Shown piece by piece: positions 54,381-63,122 of a stretch of 64,000 bases of DNA. The DNA lies in the IMG/VR virus record IMGVR_UViG_3300017971_000268. One strand, written 5' to 3'. This stretch comes from an uncultured virus (IMG/VR IMGVR_UViG_3300017971_000268) (lineage: Duplodnaviria > Heunggongvirae > Uroviricota > Caudoviricetes). Below the pieces are notes generated by a model, which was not told the DNA's origin, did no database searches, and saw only the letters and a list, made by a program, of their open reading frames with translations. A program made the position numbers and the translations under genes. Positions within the stretch are counted from its first letter, which is position 1. Every line of letters starts with the position of its first letter.

Positions 54381-54427
54381 TAACTAATGTATACATTCAA
54401 TATACATTAGTTACTCGAAATTGTCAA
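54381..54427 (-). promoter_or_regulatory. promoter overlapped by a 13-bp inverted-repeat operator
   Basis: TTGACA-N17-TATATT on - strand; TAACTAATGTATA-N7-TATACATTAGTTA at 54381-54413. Confidence 0.8.
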
Positions 54428-54867
54428 TCATTTTTTTGTAAAATTATTAATTTTTTATTCAAATTATTAACTGTAGCCCTCACAAAATCTATAGCACCTT
54501 TCATTTCAGAATCAAAGCTTTCCCAATGCTCTGGATAATTCTCTGTGCATTCCCATTCGTCAAGATTTACTGTACCAGACCATAAAAAACCTAGTTCTAG
54601 AAAGGCTATTTCGAAATTGTTTAATACTTCAACAGCTCTTTTTAACTTTTCTATCTTTTCTGATTCTAGATTCCAGGACAATTCTACTCCACAATGAGGA
54701 CAGTATTTAAAAGTGATATGTATAACATCACATTTGCATAAAGGACATCCAAAATATTCATCATCTTGTTTCATATCCTCTGTCATTATAACTATTTCAT
54801 TCATTTTTACTCCTCCTTTAGAATGGTATGTCTCCATCATAAAATGGATTTGGTATAAGTTCTCCAT
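54424..54867 (-). CDS. hypothetical protein with zinc ribbon
   Basis: CPLC...YCPHCG; start probably MNEIV after AGGAGG. Confidence 0.6.
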   Translation of the reverse strand: MENLYQIHFMMETYHSKGGVKMNEIVIMTEDMKQDDEYFGCPLCKCDVIHITFKYCPHCGVELSWNLESEKIEKLKRAVEVLNNFEIAFLELGFLWSGTVNLDEWECTENYPEHWESFDSEMKGAIDFVRATVNNLNKKLIILQKND

Positions 54868-55054
54868 TTTCCATTTTCATATACTTTCTGCTTCCTTTCC
54901 TAGCCTCTCGGATACGAGACGCAACCAATTCTGCTATATCTGGATTAGTTTTTAAGATGTCTATAATTTCGTCTACGGATGCAACTTCTAGCTGAACAAT
55001 TATATCACTGATGAATTTTTGTATAGCATCTTTTAAATCTTTACTAAATCTCAT
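54818..55054 (-). CDS. small protein ending in DGDIPF
   Basis: AGGAG RBS; SSB-tail-like C-terminus. Confidence 0.65.
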   Translation of the reverse strand: MRFSKDLKDAIQKFISDIIVQLEVASVDEIIDILKTNPDIAELVASRIREARKGSRKYMKMENGELIPNPFYDGDIPF

Positions 55055-55082
55055 AGTTATCTCCTATAAATAAAATAAGTAA

Positions 55083-55104
55083 GCCACCGAAATGGTTCGG
55101 TGGC
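55083..55104 (-). terminator. intrinsic terminator
   Basis: GCCACCGAA/TTCGGTGGC stem, T-rich tail on - strand. Confidence 0.8.
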
Positions 55105-55113
55105 GAACTTCTG

Positions 55114-55968
55114 TTATTCATAGTAATAAATCAAAGGTGCTACAAAATTGTCTGGAACACCAACTACCGCACCGTTGTCAGTAACATACTCCAACTTTCG
55201 TACTGTTATATTATTCACTGTTTGTGTAGTACATCCGTTTTCATTTGAAAAACTTGAGAATGTCATAACACTTTGGGTTATGTTGTCGTCAAGCTGGAAG
55301 TATTTACCATTATCAACATTCTTTAACAATCTTTTTCTACTGGCTGAATGTGTATTTACATTAACGTATGCAACGTTTCCACTACAATCAAAATTAGTGT
55401 AGAAGATATTATCTGTATAAAAAGATATTTCTCCAGCGTTGCTTTTAACAGCATAAAAGTACCCTTCTGGTGAAAGAATGTAATCGGTGTCTATAGACGT
55501 ACCTAAAAATTCTCCAAGTACTACTCCATTACCATCCTTAACTTTCAACGTTTTGTTATGAACAAGAATCTCCCAACTGTCTCCATCCCAAATATATGCT
55601 GTACTATTATCCGTGTTATAATAAGCATCGTTTAAATTTGGGCTACTTGGGATACTTTCATTATCGAAGTATCCAAGCCAATTAATGGAAATGCCATCCG
55701 TACCATCCGTACCATCTGTACCATTTAAGTTAATGGTATGATAATCTGTTCCATCACAATACTGAAACTCTTGCAAATCTATAATATAATATAGAAATCC
55801 ATCCGTTTCGTTATTGCAAGTTGGAAGATCATCTGCTGTAAGAATAACCCTTGCGGGATTTCCGCTTACGTCTTTACCTGAAGAAATAATTTCCCCTTCT
55901 TCAGGAGCTTCAGCACATCCCATTAGTGCAACAGCAACCAGTGTTAGAATAATAAATGTTTGTTTCAT
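55114..55968 (-). CDS. lipoprotein with short collagen-like repeat
   Basis: MKQTFIILTLVAVALMG-C lipobox; GTDGTDGTDG. Confidence 0.8.
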   Translation of the reverse strand: MKQTFIILTLVAVALMGCAEAPEEGEIISSGKDVSGNPARVILTADDLPTCNNETDGFLYYIIDLQEFQYCDGTDYHTINLNGTDGTDGTDGISINWLGYFDNESIPSSPNLNDAYYNTDNSTAYIWDGDSWEILVHNKTLKVKDGNGVVLGEFLGTSIDTDYILSPEGYFYAVKSNAGEISFYTDNIFYTNFDCSGNVAYVNVNTHSASRKRLLKNVDNGKYFQLDDNITQSVMTFSSFSNENGCTTQTVNNITVRKLEYVTDNGAVVGVPDNFVAPLIYYYE

Positions 55969-56001
55969 CTTTTCCTCCTGCTAAATTTGTTTTGATTCTA
56001 A

Positions 56002-56517
56002 CTAAACTATTACTACCTCCTTATCAAATTTTTCTTTGTTTCCCTCCTTTCATAAGTGATATTGATTTGTAGTATCTACCAACCTACTTTGTGCTGGATA
56101 TAATTCCACAGCTTCATTTTCTTCTCCAATTAATTCATTTTTTATTCTTTGGAAATGTCTCCAATCTCTGACAGGATGCTTGTCTAATCTTTTAATAGAC
56201 AAATGCAACATTTTAGGAAACCCCTTTGGAGTTTCTTCGTTAAAGATGCTGACCTAGTACAAATTATTAACCCAAATTTCGCACTCAAAACTTCTTTTCA
56301 GTACCTTGTCAACGGTGAACGATTCCCACCCTCGCTCAAGGAGTTCCTCTCGCAACTCCGAGATTTGCGATTGGGTTGGTACAGTTCCTTTTTTGAAAAG
56401 TGTACATTCTTTTGGTTTTCTTCTCCGATTCTTTTTCATACGCACACTCCTTATCAAAGACTCAATCGAGACACCTTGATAAAGGTGTCCCTGTTCAGTC
56501 TCTAACTGTACTTCCAA
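56002..56517 (-). pseudogene. phage protein gene interrupted by in-frame TAG and TGA
   Basis: EIWVNNLY-TAG(56254-56256)-VSIF...MLHLSIKRLDKHPVRDWRHFQRIKNELIGEENEAVELYPAQSRLVDTTNQYHL-TGA(56050-56052). Confidence 0.65.
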
Positions 56518-57098
56518 TGGATATCCTCGTGGAGAGCCATTTCTGATTCATAATCATAATTAAATATATGACCATTATGACACTCTCTAATCTGATGTCC
56601 TTTGTAAAGTTCCTCTACCACTTTAGACATTGCGTTACAGAAAGGACACCTTATCTTTTGGTATTTCTTTCTCTTGTAGTATTGTTCAATGTTAAGACTT
56701 TCGTGAGGGACGATTTCTTGGTTCTCAACTTTACCTTGTTCCCTCATTTTCTCTTCGTTTTTAATTTGTTCAATAAGTCTTTTGTTAAGAACCTCACCAC
56801 AATTACAACATCTAATTCTTTTGGGAACCCACGTCTTACAGCCTTCGCAATAGACTCCGTGTTGTTTGTAGTATTCAATAACTTCATTTGCCTCTTTCTC
56901 TATGTAATGCTGTTTGGTTTTTATACCAAAAAGCAAACAAAAGAATTTCCAAATAGTTTTGAGAACAACAATAATCACTTCTATGATTGTTTTAAATATC
57001 CAAACAATTCCTACAGCGATTATACCTCCGATAAATAAGGAGATAGAAGCTTTTGCTAAACTTCCTATAAAATTAAAAAGCTTATCTAAAGTGTTCAT
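56502..57098 (-). CDS. membrane protein with zinc ribbons
   Basis: N-terminal TM; CEGC, CCNC, CPFC, ECHNGH. Confidence 0.65.
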   Translation of the reverse strand: MNTLDKLFNFIGSLAKASISLFIGGIIAVGIVWIFKTIIEVIIVVLKTIWKFFCLLFGIKTKQHYIEKEANEVIEYYKQHGVYCEGCKTWVPKRIRCCNCGEVLNKRLIEQIKNEEKMREQGKVENQEIVPHESLNIEQYYKRKKYQKIRCPFCNAMSKVVEELYKGHQIRECHNGHIFNYDYESEMALHEDIHWKYS

Positions 57099-57108
57099 CT
57101 TTTACCTC

Positions 57109-57336
57109 CTATGGTCCAAACAACAATTTAAAAAACGGTCCGAAGAGTGGTATTATTAAATATTCAAACACAAGAAGTGCTGAAATGATAGTGCCTAGTA
57201 TATATCCAATTATACCATAAGGCATAGTGCTTCCAACAAGATACCAGAATTGGTGCCTTCTTACTAAGCCTCTTCTCTCGCTAGAGTCCCTCTCGTAGTG
57301 ATGACCGACGTTTTTTAAGTATCTTTCTTTGTTCAT
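57109..57336 (-). CDS. membrane protein
   Basis: Hydrophobic C-terminal half; AGGAGG RBS. Confidence 0.6.
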   Translation of the reverse strand: MNKERYLKNVGHHYERDSSERRGLVRRHQFWYLVGSTMPYGIIGYILGTIISALLVFEYLIIPLFGPFFKLLFGP

Positions 57337-57338
57337 AT

Positions 57339-57590
57339 TTAACCTCCTACTAAAACGCTTACTATACAGAAAAGAACATAAAAAACAAAAAGTATTACTG
57401 GCAGTACAAATAATATAAAAAAGAATACATATATTATTGATACAGAAGAAAGAAATCCTCCGACTGCCATCCAGAAACCAGCTTTTCTTCTTTTATCTTC
57501 AAGTGTTGGCTCATGATAATCAATTCTCATCATTTGTTTGCCTCCTTTATTAATGTTCTGTTCCCCTGTCTTTAATTCCTGCGGGGTCAA
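57339..57590 (-). CDS. membrane protein
   Basis: Hydrophobic C-terminal half; start probably MMRID. Confidence 0.6.
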   Translation of the reverse strand: MTPQELKTGEQNINKGGKQMMRIDYHEPTLEDKRRKAGFWMAVGGFLSSVSIIYVFFFILFVLPVILFVFYVLFCIVSVLVGG

Positions 57591-58080
57591 TTACTTCTAA
57601 ATATATTCCAAGTCCACTTATAATATCATTATAAGGTAACTTTAAGAAATCAATGATTTCTATAAACATTTTTATTATCATTGAATTAGGTACGCTTACG
57701 TTAGCAATTAATGGGGTTATCGAAATAAATAAAGACAATGCTTTGTGTATTGGATTATCGTTATCTATTACTTGAACAAATCCTGAGATAGAAAGTAAAC
57801 TTTCCTTTATTATTTTAGGACTTCCTCCAATATTCAAATCCTTTTGAACTCTATCCATCATAAAATTATCAAAAGAAATCTCAAGAGTTTTATCCAAAAT
57901 AGAAAAGACAAACAAAGAAAAGTAATCTTGTTTGTTTTCCATAGTAAGATTCTCAAAAGTTTCTCCCACTTTTTCAAAACCTTCTTCTCTAAGAGTTTTA
58001 TTCAAACTATCAAGAAAGCTTTTGTAATCTTTATCATTTAAATTCAATGCTTCAAATAAAGTTTCTTTTTTGTGATCCAT
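57550..58080 (-). CDS. hypothetical protein
   Basis: Coupled ORF. Confidence 0.6.
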   Translation of the reverse strand: MDHKKETLFEALNLNDKDYKSFLDSLNKTLREEGFEKVGETFENLTMENKQDYFSLFVFSILDKTLEISFDNFMMDRVQKDLNIGGSPKIIKESLLSISGFVQVIDNDNPIHKALSLFISITPLIANVSVPNSMIIKMFIEIIDFLKLPYNDIISGLGIYLEVIDPAGIKDRGTEH

Positions 58081-58277
58081 TAGTTTACCTCACTATTCCT
58101 ATCGTTTGATTCTTTAAATGCCTTTAGCTCTTTTTCAACAGCATCAGTAAAAATTCTGCTGTTGTAACCCATAATTAATTGATTCTTTTCTTTAATCATC
58201 TTCTTGTACTCATCATACAAGTTATCGTCTACGCTAACTTTTATAACCATTTTAATTCCTCCGAAATATAAACTCAC
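58080..58277 (-). CDS. RHH-like protein
   Basis: VIKVSVDDNLYDEYKKMIKEK...SRIFTDAVEKEL. Confidence 0.6.
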   Translation of the reverse strand: MSLYFGGIKMVIKVSVDDNLYDEYKKMIKEKNQLIMGYNSRIFTDAVEKELKAFKESNDRNSEVN

Positions 58278-58285
58278 TCTATTAT

Positions 58286-58314
58286 AATATAACTAAATTT
58301 CCCTTTTTTGTCAA
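58286..58314 (-). promoter_or_regulatory. sigma70-like promoter
   Basis: TTGACA-N17-TATATT on - strand. Confidence 0.7.
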
Positions 58315-58388
58315 CAAAAATTCCCCAAAAAGTACCTAAAAATTCCTCAAAAAGGGAATTTTATTACCTTGAAATTTTAAATTTTTAG

Positions 58389-58417
58389 TTGACTTTTGTG
58401 ACATAACTATTTAAATT
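58389..58417 (+). promoter_or_regulatory. divergent sigma70-like promoter with no + strand ORF downstream
   Basis: TTGACT-N17-TAAATT. Confidence 0.55.
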
Positions 58418-58421
58418 GTAA

Positions 58422-58583
58422 AAAAGATATAAAAACGTAGTCACACCTATGTTTCTACTCCGATATCTTTTATACACACAAAGTAACTATCTTTAAACCT
58501 CCTGCTAAAAACAGTTTAAAGATAAAAGACGGAACAAAGCCTTTTCCTCGCCAGAGTATGTCCAAGGAAAAGGCTTTTCTTTT
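58422..58583 (+). ncRNA. candidate three-hairpin small RNA with anti-RBS loop
   Basis: Stems 58422-30/58463-71, 58488-98/58514-24 (loop CTCCTGCTAAAAACA) and 58536-48/58565-77 followed by a U tract. Confidence 0.6.
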
Positions 58584-58609
58584 ATTTATCTCGGATACGA
58601 GATAGATAA

Positions 58610-58951
58610 TTATATTTTAGGCAATCTCCCACAACCTTCAAGTTTTGAAATATCAACTCCCTTGTAACGCATTTTTTTAACGAATTCTTCTTCACAGGTT
58701 TTACTACAAGCGTAACCTTCACTATACTCATCTGAAATATGTATAGTGTCAATTGCTTTATGTTCCTTCTTACAAACATTACATCTTACAATTTCAGCAT
58801 CCCAGTATTGACATACATTTCCTACATAATCTTCAACAGCATCACAACCCTCAATCATTGGCGGTTCTCCTGGTTCCCATTGTGTATCGGGATAACCTTT
58901 TGTTCTATGATTTACAGAGTGTTTGCAGTTCCAACAAGATTTGTTATTCAT
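58610..58951 (-). CDS. Cys-rich hypothetical protein
   Basis: CWNCKH, CNVC, ACSKTC; GGAGG RBS. Confidence 0.65.
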   Translation of the reverse strand: MNNKSCWNCKHSVNHRTKGYPDTQWEPGEPPMIEGCDAVEDYVGNVCQYWDAEIVRCNVCKKEHKAIDTIHISDEYSEGYACSKTCEEEFVKKMRYKGVDISKLEGCGRLPKI

Positions 58952-59025
58952 TATTAACCTCCATTGAGAGATAGTTATTAACTCTGAAACCAGGACATGT
59001 CCGATTTCAGGGTTGAAAATTATCT

Positions 59026-59397
59026 CTACGTGATTGTTATTTCTATCTCAAAACTACCATCACCACCTGTATTAATTGTGTGATAGTGTTTACTTTCTGA
59101 ACGGAGATAGAAAGTTTTCTTTAGAAAGTCAGTCCAAACAGTTCCCTCATTAGAGAATAGATATCCAACATCTCCAACAACTATTTCTCCGTTTGTTTCA
59201 ATTGTTGTCTCTCCTTTGAGTTCTCCTAGCCAACAATCTTTTATATGATACTTAACTTTCCTTAATCCTTTCTCAACTTTCACAAGAGTACAATTTCCAC
59301 CGGAATTATCAATGTTACCTCCATAATGTTTTATAAAATCGTGGTCGGTAATTGATATGTTTCCGGCATCAACTGGAAATGTTTCTGTTATTTTCAT
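59026..59397 (-). CDS. hypothetical protein
   Basis: VDAGNI...D...GY...TGGDGSF. Confidence 0.7.
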   Translation of the reverse strand: MKITETFPVDAGNISITDHDFIKHYGGNIDNSGGNCTLVKVEKGLRKVKYHIKDCWLGELKGETTIETNGEIVVGDVGYLFSNEGTVWTDFLKKTFYLRSESKHYHTINTGGDGSFEIEITIT

Positions 59398-59570
59398 ATA
59401 TACTCCTTTACAAATAGTTTCAAATCACCTTTCTTGTAAAAGGTTTTATATGTTGGATTTTTTTTCTTAACATTCTTTTCGTAGTTTATTGCATTTTCTT
59501 CCGTAGCAAAAAATTCATTTGCTACAACTTCACAATCGGCATTAATAACAGTAACTACCCAAACTTCCAT
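59394..59570 (-). CDS. small hypothetical protein, 58 aa
   Basis: MEVWVVTV...FFATEENA; AGGAGG RBS; ATGA coupling. Confidence 0.6.
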   Translation of the reverse strand: MEVWVVTVINADCEVVANEFFATEENAINYEKNVKKKNPTYKTFYKKGDLKLFVKEYI

Positions 59571-59651
59571 AAGTTTCCTCCTAACAAACTGACATTAAAA
59601 ACAATAAAAATCCTCCGATTTATAATTAATTTTTTTTCTGTTACATCTATC

Positions 59652-59987
59652 TTAAACCCCTTGAACATTTATTCTATTACCGTTACTATTAACAACCATA
59701 CCTTCTTCAAAGACACAATCATCATTATACAACCAAGTACCTCTGTGTTGATACACATTTATGGGTGAGAATCTATTGATTCTTTCTTTAGTAGTAGGAG
59801 TTCTCCAACCACCAGTATGAAGTTCATAGTAGTCATTTGGTTTAATGATAATGATGTCTGTTCTATGCAAACATATATGGTAGTTATGGCCGTTCTTATA
59901 AAGCCTAGTATTATTAGCAATAGGCTTACCTTTTTCTTTATCCTTTGCACTTTCATATAGTTCTTTTGCTTCATTATACGTTAGCAT
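59652..59987 (-). CDS. phage hypothetical protein
   Basis: NNTRL...LHRTDII...GGWRTPTTKERINRF. Confidence 0.75.
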   Translation of the reverse strand: MLTYNEAKELYESAKDKEKGKPIANNTRLYKNGHNYHICLHRTDIIIIKPNDYYELHTGGWRTPTTKERINRFSPINVYQHRGTWLYNDDCVFEEGMVVNSNGNRINVQGV

Positions 59988-59993
59988 ATCTAT

Positions 59994-60046
59994 ACCTCCT
60001 TGAAATATTATTTGTTCTGGTTTTATTTAAAAAACATTTAACGCTC
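59994..60046 (-). repeat. 53-bp 5' leader repeat, copy 1
   Basis: 35 of the first 38 nt identical to 63123-63175. Confidence 0.8.
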
Positions 60047-60110
60047 TTTATATTATTTCTTAACTCACCAATATCATCTACATAATCAATTACTAAATCA
60101 AAGCAAGAAT

Positions 60111-60521
60111 CTACGTCTGTGAATAAAAGCCTTGATCCTTTGCATCCTCACTACTTTCCCAACCAAAGTAATCGTTATCTTCATAACACTTGCTATGAAA
60201 TAACTTAATGAATTGGCTGTTTTTGGGATTCCCCTCACCACTCCAAATCATTTTGATATACTTTAGTCTTATTTCTTCGTGCTTTTCTTCATCTTTTCTT
60301 AACTTCTTATACTTTTTAATGTTTCCTTTAAGATACATAAGTACCATAATATCCCACTCACCATCATCGTTTAGAATCGCCCCATATCCATCATAACTAC
60401 CCTCTATAGTCTGTCCATTAGGTAGTAACAATGTGCATTGGTTCAATTCCATAGGTGGATGGTCATAAGGGTTTTTAATAGAAACACCACATACCGGACA
60501 TTCCCACGAATATAATCCCAT
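60111..60521 (-). CDS. phage hypothetical protein
   Basis: MGLYSWECPVC...YDGYG...H..C...DQGF. Confidence 0.7.
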   Translation of the reverse strand: MGLYSWECPVCGVSIKNPYDHPPMELNQCTLLLPNGQTIEGSYDGYGAILNDDGEWDIMVLMYLKGNIKKYKKLRKDEEKHEEIRLKYIKMIWSGEGNPKNSQFIKLFHSKCYEDNDYFGWESSEDAKDQGFYSQT

Positions 60522-60525
60522 ATCT

Positions 60526-60840
60526 TTACCTCCTCTTTTTATAAATCTTTTCTAAAGTATCTAATAAGTTGTCTGATAAATTAAATAATAACCTATAGCT
60601 AATTTTAACTTTCCCACTCTCTATATTAGATATATATTGCTGTGTACAACCCATTTTATCCGCAAGTTCTTTTTGAGTTAATCTACATAACATCCTTATG
60701 TATATAATGGTATCACCATCAAACATTTTAACTGAATCTATTGCTTTTTTTATTTCCCCTAAATCGTTCACTATCTTTAGCATACTCTCTATGTGATATC
60801 CCATACCTTTACCTCCATCTATAGCTTTAATTTGTTCCAT
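60526..60840 (-). CDS. XRE-family HTH protein
   Basis: LTQKELADKMGCTQQYISNIESGK. Confidence 0.85.
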   Translation of the reverse strand: MEQIKAIDGGKGMGYHIESMLKIVNDLGEIKKAIDSVKMFDGDTIIYIRMLCRLTQKELADKMGCTQQYISNIESGKVKISYRLLFNLSDNLLDTLEKIYKKRR

Positions 60841-61301
60841 TGTATAGAATTATTATCTATACTTATTTCAAACACACCTATCATATTACACTTTTTACAC
60901 ATCACCTCTATACTAGCCTTACTTTCACTTTTAGATAGTTTAGTTAAATGTTTACACGCTTTTATACTATTTTTATCTAGTATATGGTCGCAATTTATTT
61001 TATTATTAACATCCTTAACAATGTCTAATAAACTAATCAAAACCTTTATAGAAGCCTTTTCTCTACCAGACTCTATATGACTTAGATATTGTTGAGTTAT
61101 TCCAAGAGCTTTGGCAAACTCAATTTGAGTCATTCTAACAAAACTTCTTATTCTTTTAAAAGTCATACCTCCAAAATCCTCTATTATATTAACAGACTCC
61201 TCAACAGTCCTTAACTCCTTTTCCCATAATAAAAACATTTTCTTTCTATTTCTACGATTTCTGTCTACCATACCTTTGAAAACCCTTCGTTTCTCGACCA
61301 T
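60819..61301 (-). CDS. XRE-family HTH protein
   Basis: MTQIEFAKALGITQQYLSHIESGR. Confidence 0.85.
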   Translation of the reverse strand: MVEKRRVFKGMVDRNRRNRKKMFLLWEKELRTVEESVNIIEDFGGMTFKRIRSFVRMTQIEFAKALGITQQYLSHIESGREKASIKVLISLLDIVKDVNNKINCDHILDKNSIKACKHLTKLSKSESKASIEVMCKKCNMIGVFEISIDNNSIQWNKLKL

Positions 61302-61389
61302 TCACTAACCTCCTTTAAATATAAATAATCTTTATCTAACCTACCACATTGGATAGGTTAGCTACTGACTATTTATACATTAAATACTG

Positions 61390-61632
61390 TTATCTTATTA
61401 CATCAGTTACGCAAACAACTTCGTCAGAATTAGGGTTTAAATCATTCCAAAAAGACTCATACTTTTCCTTAACACCTTGCTCAGTATCAATACCTGTAAA
61501 CAAGCTATTAGTATCAGTATCAATCATTTCTATTCTTGACTCACCAACAACCTCGTTGGTTTCCCTATCTCTTGCGAGTGCAGTTACATAGAATAACATA
61601 TTAAACCTCCATTTCAAATAGACATTCTGCAA
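61390..61632 (-). CDS. hypothetical protein
   Basis: Start probably MLFYV after GGAGG. Confidence 0.6.
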   Translation of the reverse strand: MQNVYLKWRFNMLFYVTALARDRETNEVVGESRIEMIDTDTNSLFTGIDTEQGVKEKYESFWNDLNPNSDEVVCVTDVIR

Positions 61633-62071
61633 TTATCCATTCCACGTCTTTTTCTTTCCAAGATTTTTTTATTTCTTCATAGTCATATCCATAGGAACAT
61701 AGAACATCAATTATTTGATCTTCTGTATAATCATTTAGATTAACAGTTTCTCTTATATGTTGTACTGTGCCATCTGGATATTTAACATCCTCCATAAATT
61801 CATATAGTTCATCACTTATTTTTCTTCCATACTGATTAAATGATGGGTCAGTTAATGTCCATACTGAAAGTGGTACTGGTTTTCCTTTTTCGTTCTTTCC
61901 AGTTTTAAGTATTTCTTTTCCACCACATTTATCAGTATCTTTGTATTCACAACGCAGACAGTATTCTATGCCGTGAAATTGAACTAACCAACATTCTGCT
62001 GTTAAATCAGACTGTTGGATAGTTTTTACATTACTGAGTTGACCATCTTCTCTTAAATTTTTTATTTTCAT
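61601..62071 (-). CDS. hypothetical protein
   Basis: ECW...C..C....KCGG; IIAECLFE. Confidence 0.65.
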   Translation of the reverse strand: MKIKNLREDGQLSNVKTIQQSDLTAECWLVQFHGIEYCLRCEYKDTDKCGGKEILKTGKNEKGKPVPLSVWTLTDPSFNQYGRKISDELYEFMEDVKYPDGTVQHIRETVNLNDYTEDQIIDVLCSYGYDYEEIKKSWKEKDVEWIIAECLFEMEV

Positions 62072-62130
62072 ATTAAACCACCTCCTTGATTAAAACTTGT
62101 GCCGACTCTCAACGAGAGCCAGCATAAATT

Positions 62131-63117
62131 TTACTCGCCTAATATTTTAACATCAACATCTTTGTTATCACCAATGATTGATTTAACCAGAGCAGTCATG
62201 TTCTGACCAATTCTGATTGCATCTTCTGGGTTTGCCAGACCAAACCCTTCACCATTGAAACCATCCATCATGGTATCAGGAGTCATCTCATACTTAGCAA
62301 ATCTGGTAATGTTAAGTTGATCTGTTCTTGTCAAAAGTAAGGGGTCATAGCCAGGTGGATTCATAATGTTATGGATACAAAAGTATGGATTTCTTTTGTT
62401 ATTCTTCATGAAGATAGGTCGTATTCTTTCCAACACTATCTTGAGATCATGAAGTTTCTCGTCAAGATATTTAAGCATACTCTCACCATAGTTATTACCA
62501 AATTTTAAGTCTTGTGCTATGTCCTTATCCAATCCTTTTAACTCTTTCAGCTTACGCAGAAAGTGTGGCTTACTAAGAAGTGTCATCCCAGCATATCGAA
62601 AGATGTCTTCTTTAATATCATGTAGGTCTGGGAGTGCTTTACCATTTCTTATTATCAAATTGCAAAGAAGAAATCTGCCCTCATCACTAACAGTAATATC
62701 AGCTTTAGGTATGGCTTTTGATATGTCTATCAGTGCCAATATGACAAGCAAACTATTGTACTCATTGCCCTGTACCTTACAGAAGGCACGTGCTTGTTTT
62801 TTAGGATTATCATTACGAAATGATATGTATCCAGCCTTTTTGAGTTCTCTGCATGTCTTGGCATGATCTCTGTTTTTGGCAAAGATTTCTGAATATCTTT
62901 TGCCTACTATCTCCCATGCCTTGTCCCTATATTTATTTATTAATGGGTTATCCCATTTAGGATAATAACTATAAGGATCAAGCCAGAAGTTTTCACATGA
63001 CCATACATCTTTAAACTTACCGCTGTTGTAATGTAGAGTGATCTCATACATCTTATTGATTTGAGAATCTGTAAATGGTTTATCAGGCGTAACCGTAAAG
63101 TGTAATGTTCTACCCAT
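62131..63117 (-). CDS. hypothetical protein (start MGRTLHF)
   Basis: AGGAGG RBS before ATG 63117; FCKVQGNE, VSDEG. Confidence 0.75.
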   Translation of the reverse strand: MGRTLHFTVTPDKPFTDSQINKMYEITLHYNSGKFKDVWSCENFWLDPYSYYPKWDNPLINKYRDKAWEIVGKRYSEIFAKNRDHAKTCRELKKAGYISFRNDNPKKQARAFCKVQGNEYNSLLVILALIDISKAIPKADITVSDEGRFLLCNLIIRNGKALPDLHDIKEDIFRYAGMTLLSKPHFLRKLKELKGLDKDIAQDLKFGNNYGESMLKYLDEKLHDLKIVLERIRPIFMKNNKRNPYFCIHNIMNPPGYDPLLLTRTDQLNITRFAKYEMTPDTMMDGFNGEGFGLANPEDAIRIGQNMTALVKSIIGDNKDVDVKILGE

Positions 63118-63122
63118 AATTA

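Noticed and set aside
47264..62866. + strand ORFs in the - strand arm
   Set aside because: Overlap better-supported - strand genes; no RBS or motifs
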